A stretch of DNA of 64,000 bases, from positions 1,856-65,855 of the forward strand of contig CAZRKW010000001.1 in assembly GCA_964600355.1 (NCBI GenBank). Reading direction: 5' to 3'. The notes beneath the pieces are model-generated. The model saw nothing but the letters and a program-made list of their open reading frames with translations. It did no database searches and was not told the DNA's origin. Below are positions 18,682 through 29,314 of the stretch, piece after piece. How positions within the stretch are numbered: the stretch's first letter is position 1; each line of letters begins with the position of its first letter. The position numbers and the translations under genes are program-made. Source of the stretch: an uncultured Acidobacteriaceae bacterium. Lineage in GTDB: Bacteria; Acidobacteriota; Terriglobia; Acidiferrales; UBA7541.

Positions 18682-19866
18682 GTGGTGCGGAAATCCGAGA
18701 CGTTCACGGCGCTGAATGGCCTGCGGTTCCTCGCAGCGCTCGCCGTCGTCATCTTCCATTACGCACCCCGCGTCGGCGGGTATGCGCGGCTGCCGGAAAT
18801 TCTAAAGAACCTGATCGGGGAAGGACCCGCGGCGGTCGGCTTCTTTTTCATTCTTTCAGGTTTCGTATTGGCCCACCGACATCTCAACGGTTCTCGCGTG
18901 CAGGCGTCCGACTTTTACTGGGCCAGGTTTGCCCGGCTCTATCCCGCGTATTTATTGGCTTTCCTTCTATTTCTGCCGATCGCCCTGCAAAGATACGTTG
19001 TCAATCCATCGCCGGGAAACACGGGCCGTCACACCTTCGTCCTCAGCGCGATTCTTTCCTGTCTCATGCTGCAATCGTGGACGCCATTGGCGCAGGCCTG
19101 GAACGGTCCCAGCTGGTCCTTGTCGGTAGAAGCCTTCATGTATTTGATGTTCCCGCTTATTGGCTATCGTCTGTCCACCGTCCGCCGCCAAAATTCTATT
19201 TTCATCATGCTGTTGGCGTGGCTGATTCCGTCGAGCCTCGCAGTTGCGTACGTAGCCCGCTGGATTCCCGGCGACACCTGGCGGCTTTACGTAACCAACA
19301 ATCCGCTCCTGTGGCTGCCTTTATTCGTGATGGGCATTTGCGCCAGCCGGATGGTCGCGGATTGGCGGAAGGTGCCGGAACGCACGGCCAACGCACTCTC
19401 GACAGCAGCTTTCGTTGCCCTGATTCTATGTGCCCTGGCGTGGCCGCTCAAATGGGCTGACGTCTTCGTGACGGGCGGAATCGCGCCGCTATTGGCGGTG
19501 GTAATCCTGTTCTTCACCCGCAGGCGGGGATGGATCACTCGGGCAGTAGGCAGCCCATTGTTGAGCAAACTGGGAGAGGCCAGCTACGCAGTCTATATTC
19601 TGCAGGCGCCCCTGTGGTGTTACTGGCAGGAAATTACGAATTCTCTTCGCGGCGCCCCCGCGCAGACCGGCGTTGCGACCTTGTGGCAATTGGGACTGTT
19701 CGTCCCGCTGCTCGTGCTAGCCTCCCGGGCTGTGCAGCGATACGTGGAAGTCCCCGCGCGCACCTGGCTCAGCGGATTAAAGAAGAAACGTGCCCTTCAG
19801 CAACCGGCAGGCACAATCGAGCGCCCTGTGCTGCAGCCAAACGCGATCCAATTGCAGGGAGATTAA
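18682..19866 (+). CDS. Acyltransferase family 3 integral membrane O-acyltransferase
   Basis: The N-terminal LNGLRFLAALAVVIFH motif, about 10 TM helices and ~390 aa. Confidence 0.8.
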   Translation: MVRKSETFTALNGLRFLAALAVVIFHYAPRVGGYARLPEILKNLIGEGPAAVGFFFILSGFVLAHRHLNGSRVQASDFYWARFARLYPAYLLAFLLFLPIALQRYVVNPSPGNTGRHTFVLSAILSCLMLQSWTPLAQAWNGPSWSLSVEAFMYLMFPLIGYRLSTVRRQNSIFIMLLAWLIPSSLAVAYVARWIPGDTWRLYVTNNPLLWLPLFVMGICASRMVADWRKVPERTANALSTAAFVALILCALAWPLKWADVFVTGGIAPLLAVVILFFTRRRGWITRAVGSPLLSKLGEASYAVYILQAPLWCYWQEITNSLRGAPAQTGVATLWQLGLFVPLLVLASRAVQRYVEVPARTWLSGLKKKRALQQPAGTIERPVLQPNAIQLQGD

Positions 19867-19895
19867 TTCAAGGAACGGCGCACGGGCTTCCGCGC

Positions 19896-21326
19896 CTACT
19901 GCTGCCATCCCCCGCCCAAAGCGCGATAAAGCTCCACGTAGTCGAGCATTTCGTTCAATTGGGCCTGGGCCAGCGTGAGTTCAGCGGAGTAGTAGCGCGT
20001 ATCGGCGTCGATCACTTCGAGGTAGCTCGAAGCGCCGCCCCGATAGCGCAGATCAGATAGACGGCTGGCATCTTCAGCCGAGCGGGTGAGCAGCTGCTGC
20101 TGCTTGCGGAATTCCTGATCCTTGGCATAGGCGATCAGCGCGTTAGACACCTCGCGAAAGGCCTGTTGGATCGTCTGCTGGTACGTAAGCGCGGCTTGCT
20201 CGCGCTGAGCCTCGGCCAGCTTCACGCCGCCGCGCAGGCTCCCGCCGGCGTAAAGCGGCTGCGTAAGCTGTCCCGTGAAGGACCACAATCCCGCCGGCCC
20301 CGTGAACAGCTGCGATAGCGCGATGCTCTGGACCCCGCCTACGCCCGTAAGAGTGATGGCCGGGAAATACGCCGCCTTCGCCACACCGATCTGCGCGTTC
20401 ATCGACATCAATTGCGCTTCCGACTCGCGAATATCTGGCCGGCGGTCCAGCAGCGACGAGGGCAGCCCCGCCGGAACCTCGGGCGGGTGTGGCTGGGCCG
20501 TTAATTCCATGCCTCGCGCCACGCCGCCGGGATTTTCCCCCAGCAAAATGCTGATCAGGTTTTCCTGTTGATCGATCTGCTTCTCGATGAAAGGAATCTC
20601 GCCCGAGGCGTTGAAGACCAGCTGTTCGGCCTGGCGCACATCGAGCAGCGACGTTCGGCCATGGTCCACCAGCAGTTGCGTCAGCCGCAGCGAATCCTGA
20701 TCGGACGCCAGCGTGCGCCGCGAAATATCGATCTGAAGATCGAGCTCGCGCAGCGTGAAATACGCCGACGCGACGTTCGCCACCATCGAATCGATCACCG
20801 CCTTCCGCGCCCACTCATTCGCAAGCAGTTGATCGCGAGCCGCTTCCGTGGCGCGCCGATACTTCCCCCAGAAGTCGAGGTTCCACTGGAACCCCAGCCC
20901 CAGCTCGGTATAGCTGTTGTCGTACGCGTTAAAGAATTTCGACTTGGCGTTCCGGCTGCCATTGCCGATGGCGATCGCCGCAGCCGACGGAAACTCGTTG
21001 CTTCGTGTGATGCCCAACTGGGCCTGCGCCTGCAGAATCCGGCTGGCGGCAATGCGCACGTCGTAATTCTGCTGCAGCGCCGTGCGGATCAGCGACTGAA
21101 GTTGCGCGTCCTGGAATACGTCCCACCATTTCTCTGCGCCGAACGAAGCCGCGGCGCCCCCGCTGGAGGCTGTTGCCTCCGTCCCGGCCGGCGCGCCGCG
21201 ATACGTCTGCGGAGTCACAACCGCCGGACGCCTGTAATTGGGCCCCACCGCGCATCCGGCCAGCAGGAGTGTCCCAAAAGCACCAAGCATCATTCGGGAA
21301 GCCGCCCACCGCATCAGCCGCCGCAT
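19896..21326 (-). CDS. RND efflux outer membrane factor lipoprotein (NodT/OprM family)
   Basis: Lipobox LLAGC, GPNY.RP after the Cys, WW..F.D..L, and a duplicated alpha/beta OMF architecture. The start ATG shares one nucleotide with the stop of the upstream RND gene (TGATG). Confidence 0.9.
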   Translation of the reverse strand: MRRLMRWAASRMMLGAFGTLLLAGCAVGPNYRRPAVVTPQTYRGAPAGTEATASSGGAAASFGAEKWWDVFQDAQLQSLIRTALQQNYDVRIAASRILQAQAQLGITRSNEFPSAAAIAIGNGSRNAKSKFFNAYDNSYTELGLGFQWNLDFWGKYRRATEAARDQLLANEWARKAVIDSMVANVASAYFTLRELDLQIDISRRTLASDQDSLRLTQLLVDHGRTSLLDVRQAEQLVFNASGEIPFIEKQIDQQENLISILLGENPGGVARGMELTAQPHPPEVPAGLPSSLLDRRPDIRESEAQLMSMNAQIGVAKAAYFPAITLTGVGGVQSIALSQLFTGPAGLWSFTGQLTQPLYAGGSLRGGVKLAEAQREQAALTYQQTIQQAFREVSNALIAYAKDQEFRKQQQLLTRSAEDASRLSDLRYRGGASSYLEVIDADTRYYSAELTLAQAQLNEMLDYVELYRALGGGWQQ

Positions 21327-24300
21327 CAGTCGTCGCCCCTCTCTGCGTCGTCCGGAGTTGGCAGGCTCCTCAGGTCCATTCCGCTGGGCCGAGCTTCATG
21401 CATTCTCAGCGCGATGCGCTCAAACAGCACAAACAATACCGGAATCACGAAAATCGCCAGCAGCGTAGCCGCCAGCATTCCTGCAACAACCACCGTCCCA
21501 AGAATCTCGCGCCCCACGGCGCCCGATCCCGAAGCCACCGCGAGCGGTATGCAACCCAAAATAAAAGCGAACGACGTCATCAAAATGGGACGCAAGCGCA
21601 GCTTGGCCCCCTCCAGCGCCGCGGACACCACATCGCGCCCCTTGGCCATCTCGTCGCGCGCGAACTCCACGATCAGAATCGCGTTCTTCGCCGCCAGCCC
21701 GATCAGCATCACCAACCCGATCTGCGCATAAATATCGAGATCGAAGCGCCGCAGGTACAGCCCCGCGAAAGCGCCGAAAATCGCGATCGGCACCGAGAGC
21801 AGCACCGAAAACGGCAGGCTCCAGCTTTCATAAAGCGCCGCCAGAATCAGGAACACCACCAGCAGTGACAGCGCGAAAATAGGTCCCGCCGTGCCGCTGG
21901 CCTTGTTCTCTTGGTACGAGAGGTCCGCCCAATCGTAGCCCATCGTGGCCGGCAGCGTTTCCCGCGCCACTTCCTCCAGCGCCGCCTGGGCCTGCCCCGA
22001 GCTGTATCCAGGGGCGGCAGAGCCGATGATTTGCGCCGCGCGGAAAAGATTGAAGCGGTTGGTATAGTCGGGACCATTGATAGGCTTCGTCGAGACCAGC
22101 GTCGAGAGCGGCACCATGGTATTGGCGCGGTCGCGCACGTAATATTGATCGATCGACGCGGCCGACGTCCGGTCCTCCGCCTCCGCCTCGAGAAACACCT
22201 TCCACTGCCGGCCGAACCGGTTGAATTGATTCACGTACAGTCCGCCCAGCGAAGTTTGCAGCACCTGGTAAACATCGCCCAGCGAAACCCCCTGCTTCAG
22301 GGCCTTGTCGCGATCGACCGTAGCGAAAACCTGCGGAGTCCGCGCCGAAAATTGTGAATTGACGCCAGTCAACTCCGGCCGTCTGCGCGCCGCCTGGAGA
22401 AATCGCTGCAGCCCCTGGTCGAGATCCTCCACCGAACCTCCCGAGCGGTCCTGCAGCCAGAGCGAAAAGCCGCCGGCGTTTCCAAGCCCCGGGATCGGAG
22501 GCGGGTTAAAAGCAAAGGCCACCGCCTCCGGTATCTGCCTGGTCAATTGCCTGTTGATGTTCGCCAGGATTGCCTTCGAGTCAAGGCTGGGAGACCGCCG
22601 CTCGGACCACGGCTTCAAAGACACAAAAAACAAGGAATTATTGGTGGTCGAGACGCGCGATAGAAAGCTGTACCCCACAATCGTCGTGAAATGCGCCACG
22701 CCCGGCGTGTGGGACAGCACGTTCTGAACCTTGTCCGCGACCGCTGCGGTGCGAGCCAGCGACGCTGCAGGCGGAAGTTGCGCGTTCAGAAAAAGAAAGC
22801 CGTAATCCTCGTCCGGCAGAAAGCTGGTAGGCAGCTTCCTGCCGATAAATCCATCCAGGAGCATAAAGCAGCCGAGAACCACCATAGCCACCACGGCCTT
22901 GCGAATCAGACCCTGGCTGATCCACACGTAGCGGTCCTGCAGCTTGCCGAACCCCCAGTTAAAGCCGCGGAAGAATCCTGCCAGAATCCCTGTGGAAGCC
23001 TTGCGCGGGCGAAGCAGCATGGCGGCAAGGGCCGGCGACAGCGTGAGCGCGTTGAAAGCGGAAATGAGAACCGAAATCGCCACCGTAACCGCGAACTGCT
23101 TGTTCAACCGGCCCTGTATTCCGCTCATGAACGCCATCGGTATAAATACCGACGCTAGAATCAGCGCTATCGCCACCACCGGGCCGGACACCTCGCGCAT
23201 CGCTTGCAGCGTGGCCTCGCGCGGCGCCATCCCCTCTTCGATGTGGTGCTCCACCGCTTCCACCACCACGATCGCGTCATCCACCACCAGCCCAATCGCC
23301 AGCACGAGGCCAAAAAGCGACAGGGTGTTGATCGAAAATCCCAGCGCTGGAAAGAACGCAAAAGTGCCGATCAGCGAAACCGGCACCGCAATCATGGGAA
23401 TCAACGTGGCGCGCCAATTTTGCAGGAAGATGTAAACAACGAGAATCACTAGCGTCAGCGCGATCAGCAGCGTCACCAGTATTTCGTGGATGCCCTCGGT
23501 CACGGGCAGCGTCGTATCGAGCCCCACTGTGTAAGTCAGATCGGGCGGAAACCTCTTCTGCAGCTGATCCATCGTTTTGCGGGTGGCGTCGGCAACGGCG
23601 ACCGCGTTTGCGCCCGGTGTCAAAAATACGGCGACGATGCAGGCCGGCTCCCCGTCAAAGCGCGAGGTCTCGTTGTAGCTGAGCGCCCCTAATTCGATGC
23701 GCGCGACATCCTGCAGCCGCACTACCGATCCATCAGGATTCGCGCGCACCACGATCTGCCCGAACTGCTCCGCCGTCACCAGGCGTCCCTGGGTGCGGAC
23801 GGTATAGGTCATCGCCGTTCCCGGCGGCGCGGGATTCCCCGAAAGCTGCCCCGCCGGATTCACGGTATTTTGCTGGTTCAAGGCCGACACCAGGTCGGCG
23901 ACCGTCATCCCCAATTTGGCCAGCACCTGCGGCTTGAACCACACGCGCATCGAGTAATCGGTGGCGCCAAAGAGCAGCACTTGTCCCGCGCCGGGAATGC
24001 GCAGCAATTGATCGTTGATGTTTATGTTCGCGTAGTTCGCAAGAAAGAGAGAGTCGTGAGTGTGGTTCGGCGAGTACAGCCCGAAAGCGATCAGCGGCAG
24101 CCCGGTGGATTTTCGGATCGTCGTGCCGAACTGATTCACGTCGGGCGGCAGATTCGGCGCGGCCTGCGCCACGCGGTTCTGCACGTTGACTTCATCGGTG
24201 TTCACATCGGTGTCGACATCGAACGTCACGGTCAGCGACATCGAGTTGTCGTTCCCGTTGGTCGACTGCATGTACAGCATGTTGTCGACGCCGTTCATCT

Positions 24301-24502
24301 GCTGCTCGAGCGGCGTCGCCACCGACTGCTCGACGGTTTGCGCATCCGCTCCAGGATAGGTGGTGGAAACGATCACCTGCGGCGGCACGATGTCGGGAAA
24401 TTGCGCTTCCGGAAGCCCGCGGATCACCACCAGCCCGGCCAGCACGGTGATGATGGCGATTACGATCGCAACGATAGGCCGGCTAACGAAAAACTTTGCC
24501 AT
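21326..24502 (-). CDS. RND multidrug efflux permease (HAE1 / AcrB-MexB type)
   Basis: 1058 aa. The N-terminus MAKFFVSRPIVAIVIAI and 12-TM/large-loop layout; conserved VVDDAIVVVE and GLAAKNAILIVEFA motifs. Confidence 0.95.
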   Translation of the reverse strand: MAKFFVSRPIVAIVIAIITVLAGLVVIRGLPEAQFPDIVPPQVIVSTTYPGADAQTVEQSVATPLEQQMNGVDNMLYMQSTNGNDNSMSLTVTFDVDTDVNTDEVNVQNRVAQAAPNLPPDVNQFGTTIRKSTGLPLIAFGLYSPNHTHDSLFLANYANININDQLLRIPGAGQVLLFGATDYSMRVWFKPQVLAKLGMTVADLVSALNQQNTVNPAGQLSGNPAPPGTAMTYTVRTQGRLVTAEQFGQIVVRANPDGSVVRLQDVARIELGALSYNETSRFDGEPACIVAVFLTPGANAVAVADATRKTMDQLQKRFPPDLTYTVGLDTTLPVTEGIHEILVTLLIALTLVILVVYIFLQNWRATLIPMIAVPVSLIGTFAFFPALGFSINTLSLFGLVLAIGLVVDDAIVVVEAVEHHIEEGMAPREATLQAMREVSGPVVAIALILASVFIPMAFMSGIQGRLNKQFAVTVAISVLISAFNALTLSPALAAMLLRPRKASTGILAGFFRGFNWGFGKLQDRYVWISQGLIRKAVVAMVVLGCFMLLDGFIGRKLPTSFLPDEDYGFLFLNAQLPPAASLARTAAVADKVQNVLSHTPGVAHFTTIVGYSFLSRVSTTNNSLFFVSLKPWSERRSPSLDSKAILANINRQLTRQIPEAVAFAFNPPPIPGLGNAGGFSLWLQDRSGGSVEDLDQGLQRFLQAARRRPELTGVNSQFSARTPQVFATVDRDKALKQGVSLGDVYQVLQTSLGGLYVNQFNRFGRQWKVFLEAEAEDRTSAASIDQYYVRDRANTMVPLSTLVSTKPINGPDYTNRFNLFRAAQIIGSAAPGYSSGQAQAALEEVARETLPATMGYDWADLSYQENKASGTAGPIFALSLLVVFLILAALYESWSLPFSVLLSVPIAIFGAFAGLYLRRFDLDIYAQIGLVMLIGLAAKNAILIVEFARDEMAKGRDVVSAALEGAKLRLRPILMTSFAFILGCIPLAVASGSGAVGREILGTVVVAGMLAATLLAIFVIPVLFVLFERIALRMHEARPSGMDLRSLPTPDDAERGDD

Positions 24503-24505
24503 GGC

Positions 24506-25705
24506 TCAGCGTCGCTCGGAGGCAGCCGGGACCAACTCGGGATGAACCACCGCGCCCTGGCGCGCGTATTGCAAGCCGCCAACCACCACACGCTCGGTCG
24601 GAGAAAGCCCTTGGTTGACCACCCAGTCGGACCCCACCTGTGATCCCATCTGCAGGTTGCGGATTGTAACGCGGTTGTCGCTGCCGACCACACTAGCCTG
24701 GAAGGTGCCCTGAAGTTCGGTCACCGCCGCTTGAGGAATCAGCAGCGCGTCGTGGCGCATATCCGTAACAGCACGCACCCGTCCGTATTCTCCCGGACGC
24801 AGAATGCTGTTGGGATTCGAAAAGCCGGCCGCCACGCGAATGGTTCCCGTGCTGGGATCCACCTGCCGGTCGGTCCACAACACCTTGCCGGGATGCGGAT
24901 AAATACTGCCATCCGCAAGAACCAACGTCAGCGGCACTCCGTCCAGAGGCAACGCCTGCCTCCCGGCTCCCGTAGCGTGGATTTTCTGTGCCCGTAAGTA
25001 ATCCTGCTCGCTGATCGGGAAATATACCTTTATGGGATTCACCTGCGACACCGACGTCAGCACCGTCGTCGTCGCCACCAGATCCCCGATCTGCGCCTGC
25101 GCGATTCCCGCCACTCCGTCTACCATCGACGTGATTCTCGTAAACGAAAGATTCAGCTGAGCCTGCTCCACCGCCGCCTTCGCCGCCGCCACTCCAGACT
25201 GCGCCGCCGTTACCGCAGCCGCAGCCCCGGCCTTGGCTTGCAGGTCGTCATCCAGTTGGCTTTGCGCAATGGCCTTCGCGTCTGCCAGTGGAGTATCGCG
25301 CGCCACATCCTGCGAGGCTTTCGCCAGTTGAGCCTGCGCTTGTATCACCTGCGCCTCGGCCTGCGCCAACTGTCCCTGGGTCTGGTCAAGCGTGGCCTGA
25401 AACGGGCGCGGATCGATCTCAAACAACAACTGCCCCTTGGAAACGATCGATCCTTCCCGGTAATCCTGGCGGATCAAATAGCCTGAAACGTGCGATTGGA
25501 TCTGTGCGTTCACGTAGCCGTCCATCGTGGCGATCCATTCGCTGGTTAAGGCGACATCCCGCCGCTGCACCGCGGCCACCTGCACCGTGGGAGGCGTTCC
25601 GGCAGCCTGCGGATTTTGCGAATCCGTCCGGCACCCACTCAGACCCAATACGACAGAGATAATGAGTAGGAATACGCACGAAAGGGGCTGTCGACCTCGG
25701 GGCAT
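24506..25705 (-). CDS. RND efflux periplasmic adaptor (AcrA/MexA membrane fusion protein), lipoprotein
   Basis: Lipobox LSGC, the coiled-coil hairpin region (AQAEAQVIQAQAQLAKA...) and a barrel-sandwich hybrid pattern. It is 3 bp upstream of the RND gene. Confidence 0.9.
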   Translation of the reverse strand: MPRGRQPLSCVFLLIISVVLGLSGCRTDSQNPQAAGTPPTVQVAAVQRRDVALTSEWIATMDGYVNAQIQSHVSGYLIRQDYREGSIVSKGQLLFEIDPRPFQATLDQTQGQLAQAEAQVIQAQAQLAKASQDVARDTPLADAKAIAQSQLDDDLQAKAGAAAAVTAAQSGVAAAKAAVEQAQLNLSFTRITSMVDGVAGIAQAQIGDLVATTTVLTSVSQVNPIKVYFPISEQDYLRAQKIHATGAGRQALPLDGVPLTLVLADGSIYPHPGKVLWTDRQVDPSTGTIRVAAGFSNPNSILRPGEYGRVRAVTDMRHDALLIPQAAVTELQGTFQASVVGSDNRVTIRNLQMGSQVGSDWVVNQGLSPTERVVVGGLQYARQGAVVHPELVPAASERR

Positions 25706-25860
25706 TACTGATCCTCCGGTTCCGGGGCACTTACGGCCAATTCACCCCGGACATATCACAGTTCGGTTTAAAGGTTTTCGATCGAGCGCGGGGCGAATCT
25801 CAGGGGCGCGCCACCCTCATTCTCGCACATCGCCAGCGCAAACGCGCCGCAGCTAAGTCG

Positions 25861-25885
25861 CCGATAATAGCTAGGTTATTATCGG
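25861..25885. promoter_or_regulatory. Inverted repeat CCGATAATA-N7-TATTATCGG, candidate operator upstream of RND operon 1
   Basis: Perfect 9-bp arms read directly, flanked by the direct repeat TCGCCGA (25858-25864 and 25886-25892). It lies about 155 bp upstream of the adaptor gene start, in an otherwise GC-rich region. Confidence 0.35.
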
Positions 25886-26113
25886 TCGCCGAGAGTCTCG
25901 GTTCCACAAACGCAAACCGAAGCGAGTACGTCCGCGCAGGGCATACCGCCACCCACCATCTCGAACTAATAGGACGAACTCCTAACCCCTCGCGTTACAT
26001 GCGCTGCATGCCCCTGAATACCCTGGAATCGCGATTTGAGAGCGTGCCCGTGTGCTGTACACTTCCATTTCTTGGCGCAGTAACTCGTCATGATTTCAAG
26101 GGGGCAATTCCAT

Positions 26114-26596
26114 ATGGCTTTCCGGCTCTGGAGCAACGATCTCAAAGAGGGAGACCGGCTTCCCGAAGCCCAGGTCTTCAATGGGATGGGCTACACCGGA
26201 GGCAACCGCTCTCCCCACCTCGCCTGGGACGGAGCGCCCGAAGGCACCAAAAGCTTTGTAGTCACCATGTATGACCCCGACGCGCCCACCGGCTCGGGAT
26301 GGTGGCACTGGCTGGTAATCAACGTCCCTGCCACAGCAAAAGAACTCCCGGCAGGCAGTGGCAGCGGTTCGAATCTGCCCCCCGGCACCATGCAGACGCG
26401 CACAGATTTCGGCACCCCAGGTTACGGCGGCGCCGCTCCCCCACCAGGGGCGCCGCACCGCTACATCTTCACGGTACACGCGCTCAAAACCGAGCGCCTC
26501 GATCTCGACCCCGAAGCCAGCGGCGCCATGGTCGGCTTCATGATCTACATGAACAGCCTCGGCAAAGCCTCGCTGCAAGCCACATACGGTAAGTAG
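26114..26596 (+). CDS. ybhB: YbhB/YbcL family phosphatidylethanolamine-binding (Raf kinase inhibitor-like) protein
   Basis: Collinear with E. coli YbhB as I recall it: SNDL..GD.LP....FNGMGY.G.N.SPHLAW, YDPDAPTGSGWWHW and HRYIFTVHAL. The start is placed at the second Met (MAFRLWSNDL), giving 160 aa. Confidence 0.9.
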   Translation: MAFRLWSNDLKEGDRLPEAQVFNGMGYTGGNRSPHLAWDGAPEGTKSFVVTMYDPDAPTGSGWWHWLVINVPATAKELPAGSGSGSNLPPGTMQTRTDFGTPGYGGAAPPPGAPHRYIFTVHALKTERLDLDPEASGAMVGFMIYMNSLGKASLQATYGK

Positions 26597-26635
26597 CAGC
26601 AGACACAGGGGCGATAGTGGACAGCGTGGGTCCGC

Positions 26636-27637
<1,002 letters not shown>

Positions 27638-27697
27638 TCACCCTCCCAACTGGTCCCTCTCATCCCCAGATTAGGCTCAAACAAAGCCGAGCTGCTA

Positions 27698-27715
27698 GTC
27701 CGATTCGTCCGATTC
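27698..27715. repeat. 9-bp perfect tandem duplication GTCCGATTC x2
   Basis: Read directly. It lies 64-81 bp upstream of the aldo/keto reductase start, in a 480-bp divergent intergenic region. Confidence 0.85.
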
Positions 27716-28116
27716 TTAGCCTATTCCTCCTGCCCACAAAGTCGAGCGTCGCCATTTTGAATGGTCCTCGGGCTTTCATCCACGCGAACAACCGCTTGAA
27801 ACCCGCTTGATTCCGCGCTACGGTGCCGAAGGTATGAAAAATATGGAGAACAGGTGGCGCGTCACTAAACAAATATCGCTAGGCACCGCAGCGGCGAAAT
27901 CAGCCTGCAATATTTCGCTTTTCGTTCGCATTTTAGGCCGAAAGTCCGCCGCGACCACTCGACACACTGAGACGAACGAAACGCAGGCTAAATTATTGAA
28001 AACAATCAAGAGCGATGCAGCCCACTCGACACTCTTGTGCACACCATGCGCAGCGCATTTCGCGCCCTCACATCGGCCCGCTTTCACGATTTTTAGTACC
28101 GGAGGCGTCACCGGTC

Positions 28117-29295
28117 ATGCCTGACAGCGTTGCCACCGCGGGCAAGGTTCCGCCAGCCCTCACAATGCTCTCCGAAGAGGAGCAGATGTTCCGGGATACC
28201 GTCCGCGCCTTCGCCCAGCAGACGATCAAGCCCCACGTGCGGCAGATGGACGAAAAGGGTGAATTCCGCCACGAGCTGATCGAGGAATTCTTCGGGCTTG
28301 GACTGATGTCGATTGCCGTGCCGGAGGAGTATGGCGGATCGGGCGGAACGTTTTTCCAGACCATCCTGGCAATCGAGGAATTGTCCGCCGTGGATTCGTC
28401 CGCCGGCGTAATTGTCGACGTTCAGAACACGCTGGTGACCAACGCCATCATCCGCTGGGGCAGCGCCGAGCAAAAGACGCGCTATCTCCCGCGCCTTTCG
28501 AAAGACACCGTCGGCGCCTACGCGCTTTCGGAGGCCGGCTCCGGCAGCGACGCCTTCGCCCTGGCCACCCGGGCGGAAGATCGCGGCGAACATTTCGTCC
28601 TGAACGGACGCAAATTGTGGATCACCAACGCCAAGGAGGCAGGCCTTTTCCTCCTATTCGCAAATGCCAATCCCGAAGCGGGTTATCGCGGCATCACGGC
28701 GTTTCTGATCGAAGCGGATGCGCCGGGTTTCAAGGTAGGCAGAAAAGAGGACAAGCTCGGCATCCGCGCCTCTTCCACCTGCGAACTGTTGCTTGAGGAT
28801 TGCAGAGTTCCCAAACAGAATGTCGTGGGCGAGGTCGGCAAGGGCTACAAGATCGCCATCGAAACACTGAATGAAGGCCGCATCGGCATCGGCGCGCAAA
28901 TGTGCGGACTGGCGCGAGGCGCTCTCGATCACGCAATCGCCTACGCACAGGAGCGCAAGCAGTTCGGCAAGCCGATCGCAGACTATCAGGCCGTGCGCTT
29001 TCAACTCGCGGAGATGGCCCTCGAAGTCGAGGCGGCCCGTAATCTTACGTACAACGCCGCGCGTCTGAAAGACGCCGGAGCGCCGTTCGTAAAAGAAGCA
29101 GCGATGGCTAAGTACTTTTCCTCACAGGTGGCCGAGCGCGTGGCATCCCAAGCGATCGAAATCTTTGGAGGCTACGGCTTCACAAAAGATTATCCGGTGG
29201 AGAAATACTGGCGCGATTCAAAGATCGGGAAAATCTACGAGGGCACGTCCAACATGCAGCTGCAAACCATCGCGAATCTGATTCTCGGCAAGTAG
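28117..29295 (+). CDS. Acyl-CoA dehydrogenase (short/branched-chain type)
   Basis: LSEEEQMFRDTVR.FA, YGGSG, GSDA, and the C-terminal catalytic-base region IYEGTSNMQLQTIA. The start is moved to the Met at 28117 (392 aa); the upstream track extension is Arg/His/Cys-rich and not protein-like. Confidence 0.9.
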   Translation: MPDSVATAGKVPPALTMLSEEEQMFRDTVRAFAQQTIKPHVRQMDEKGEFRHELIEEFFGLGLMSIAVPEEYGGSGGTFFQTILAIEELSAVDSSAGVIVDVQNTLVTNAIIRWGSAEQKTRYLPRLSKDTVGAYALSEAGSGSDAFALATRAEDRGEHFVLNGRKLWITNAKEAGLFLLFANANPEAGYRGITAFLIEADAPGFKVGRKEDKLGIRASSTCELLLEDCRVPKQNVVGEVGKGYKIAIETLNEGRIGIGAQMCGLARGALDHAIAYAQERKQFGKPIADYQAVRFQLAEMALEVEAARNLTYNAARLKDAGAPFVKEAAMAKYFSSQVAERVASQAIEIFGGYGFTKDYPVEKYWRDSKIGKIYEGTSNMQLQTIANLILGK

Positions 29296-29314
29296 TTAGC
29301 GGCGGGAATGAATC

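Noticed and set aside
20568-21731. 387-aa plus-strand ORF across the OMF/RND junction
   Set aside because: Antisense to two efflux genes joined by an overlapping stop/start. Arg-rich, low-complexity translation.
26366-26375. GGTTCGAATC, a tRNA T-loop-like motif
   Set aside because: The flanking bases cannot form a T-stem (AGCGG versus CTGCC). No acceptor or anticodon arms are evident, and it lies inside the well-supported ybhB coding sequence.
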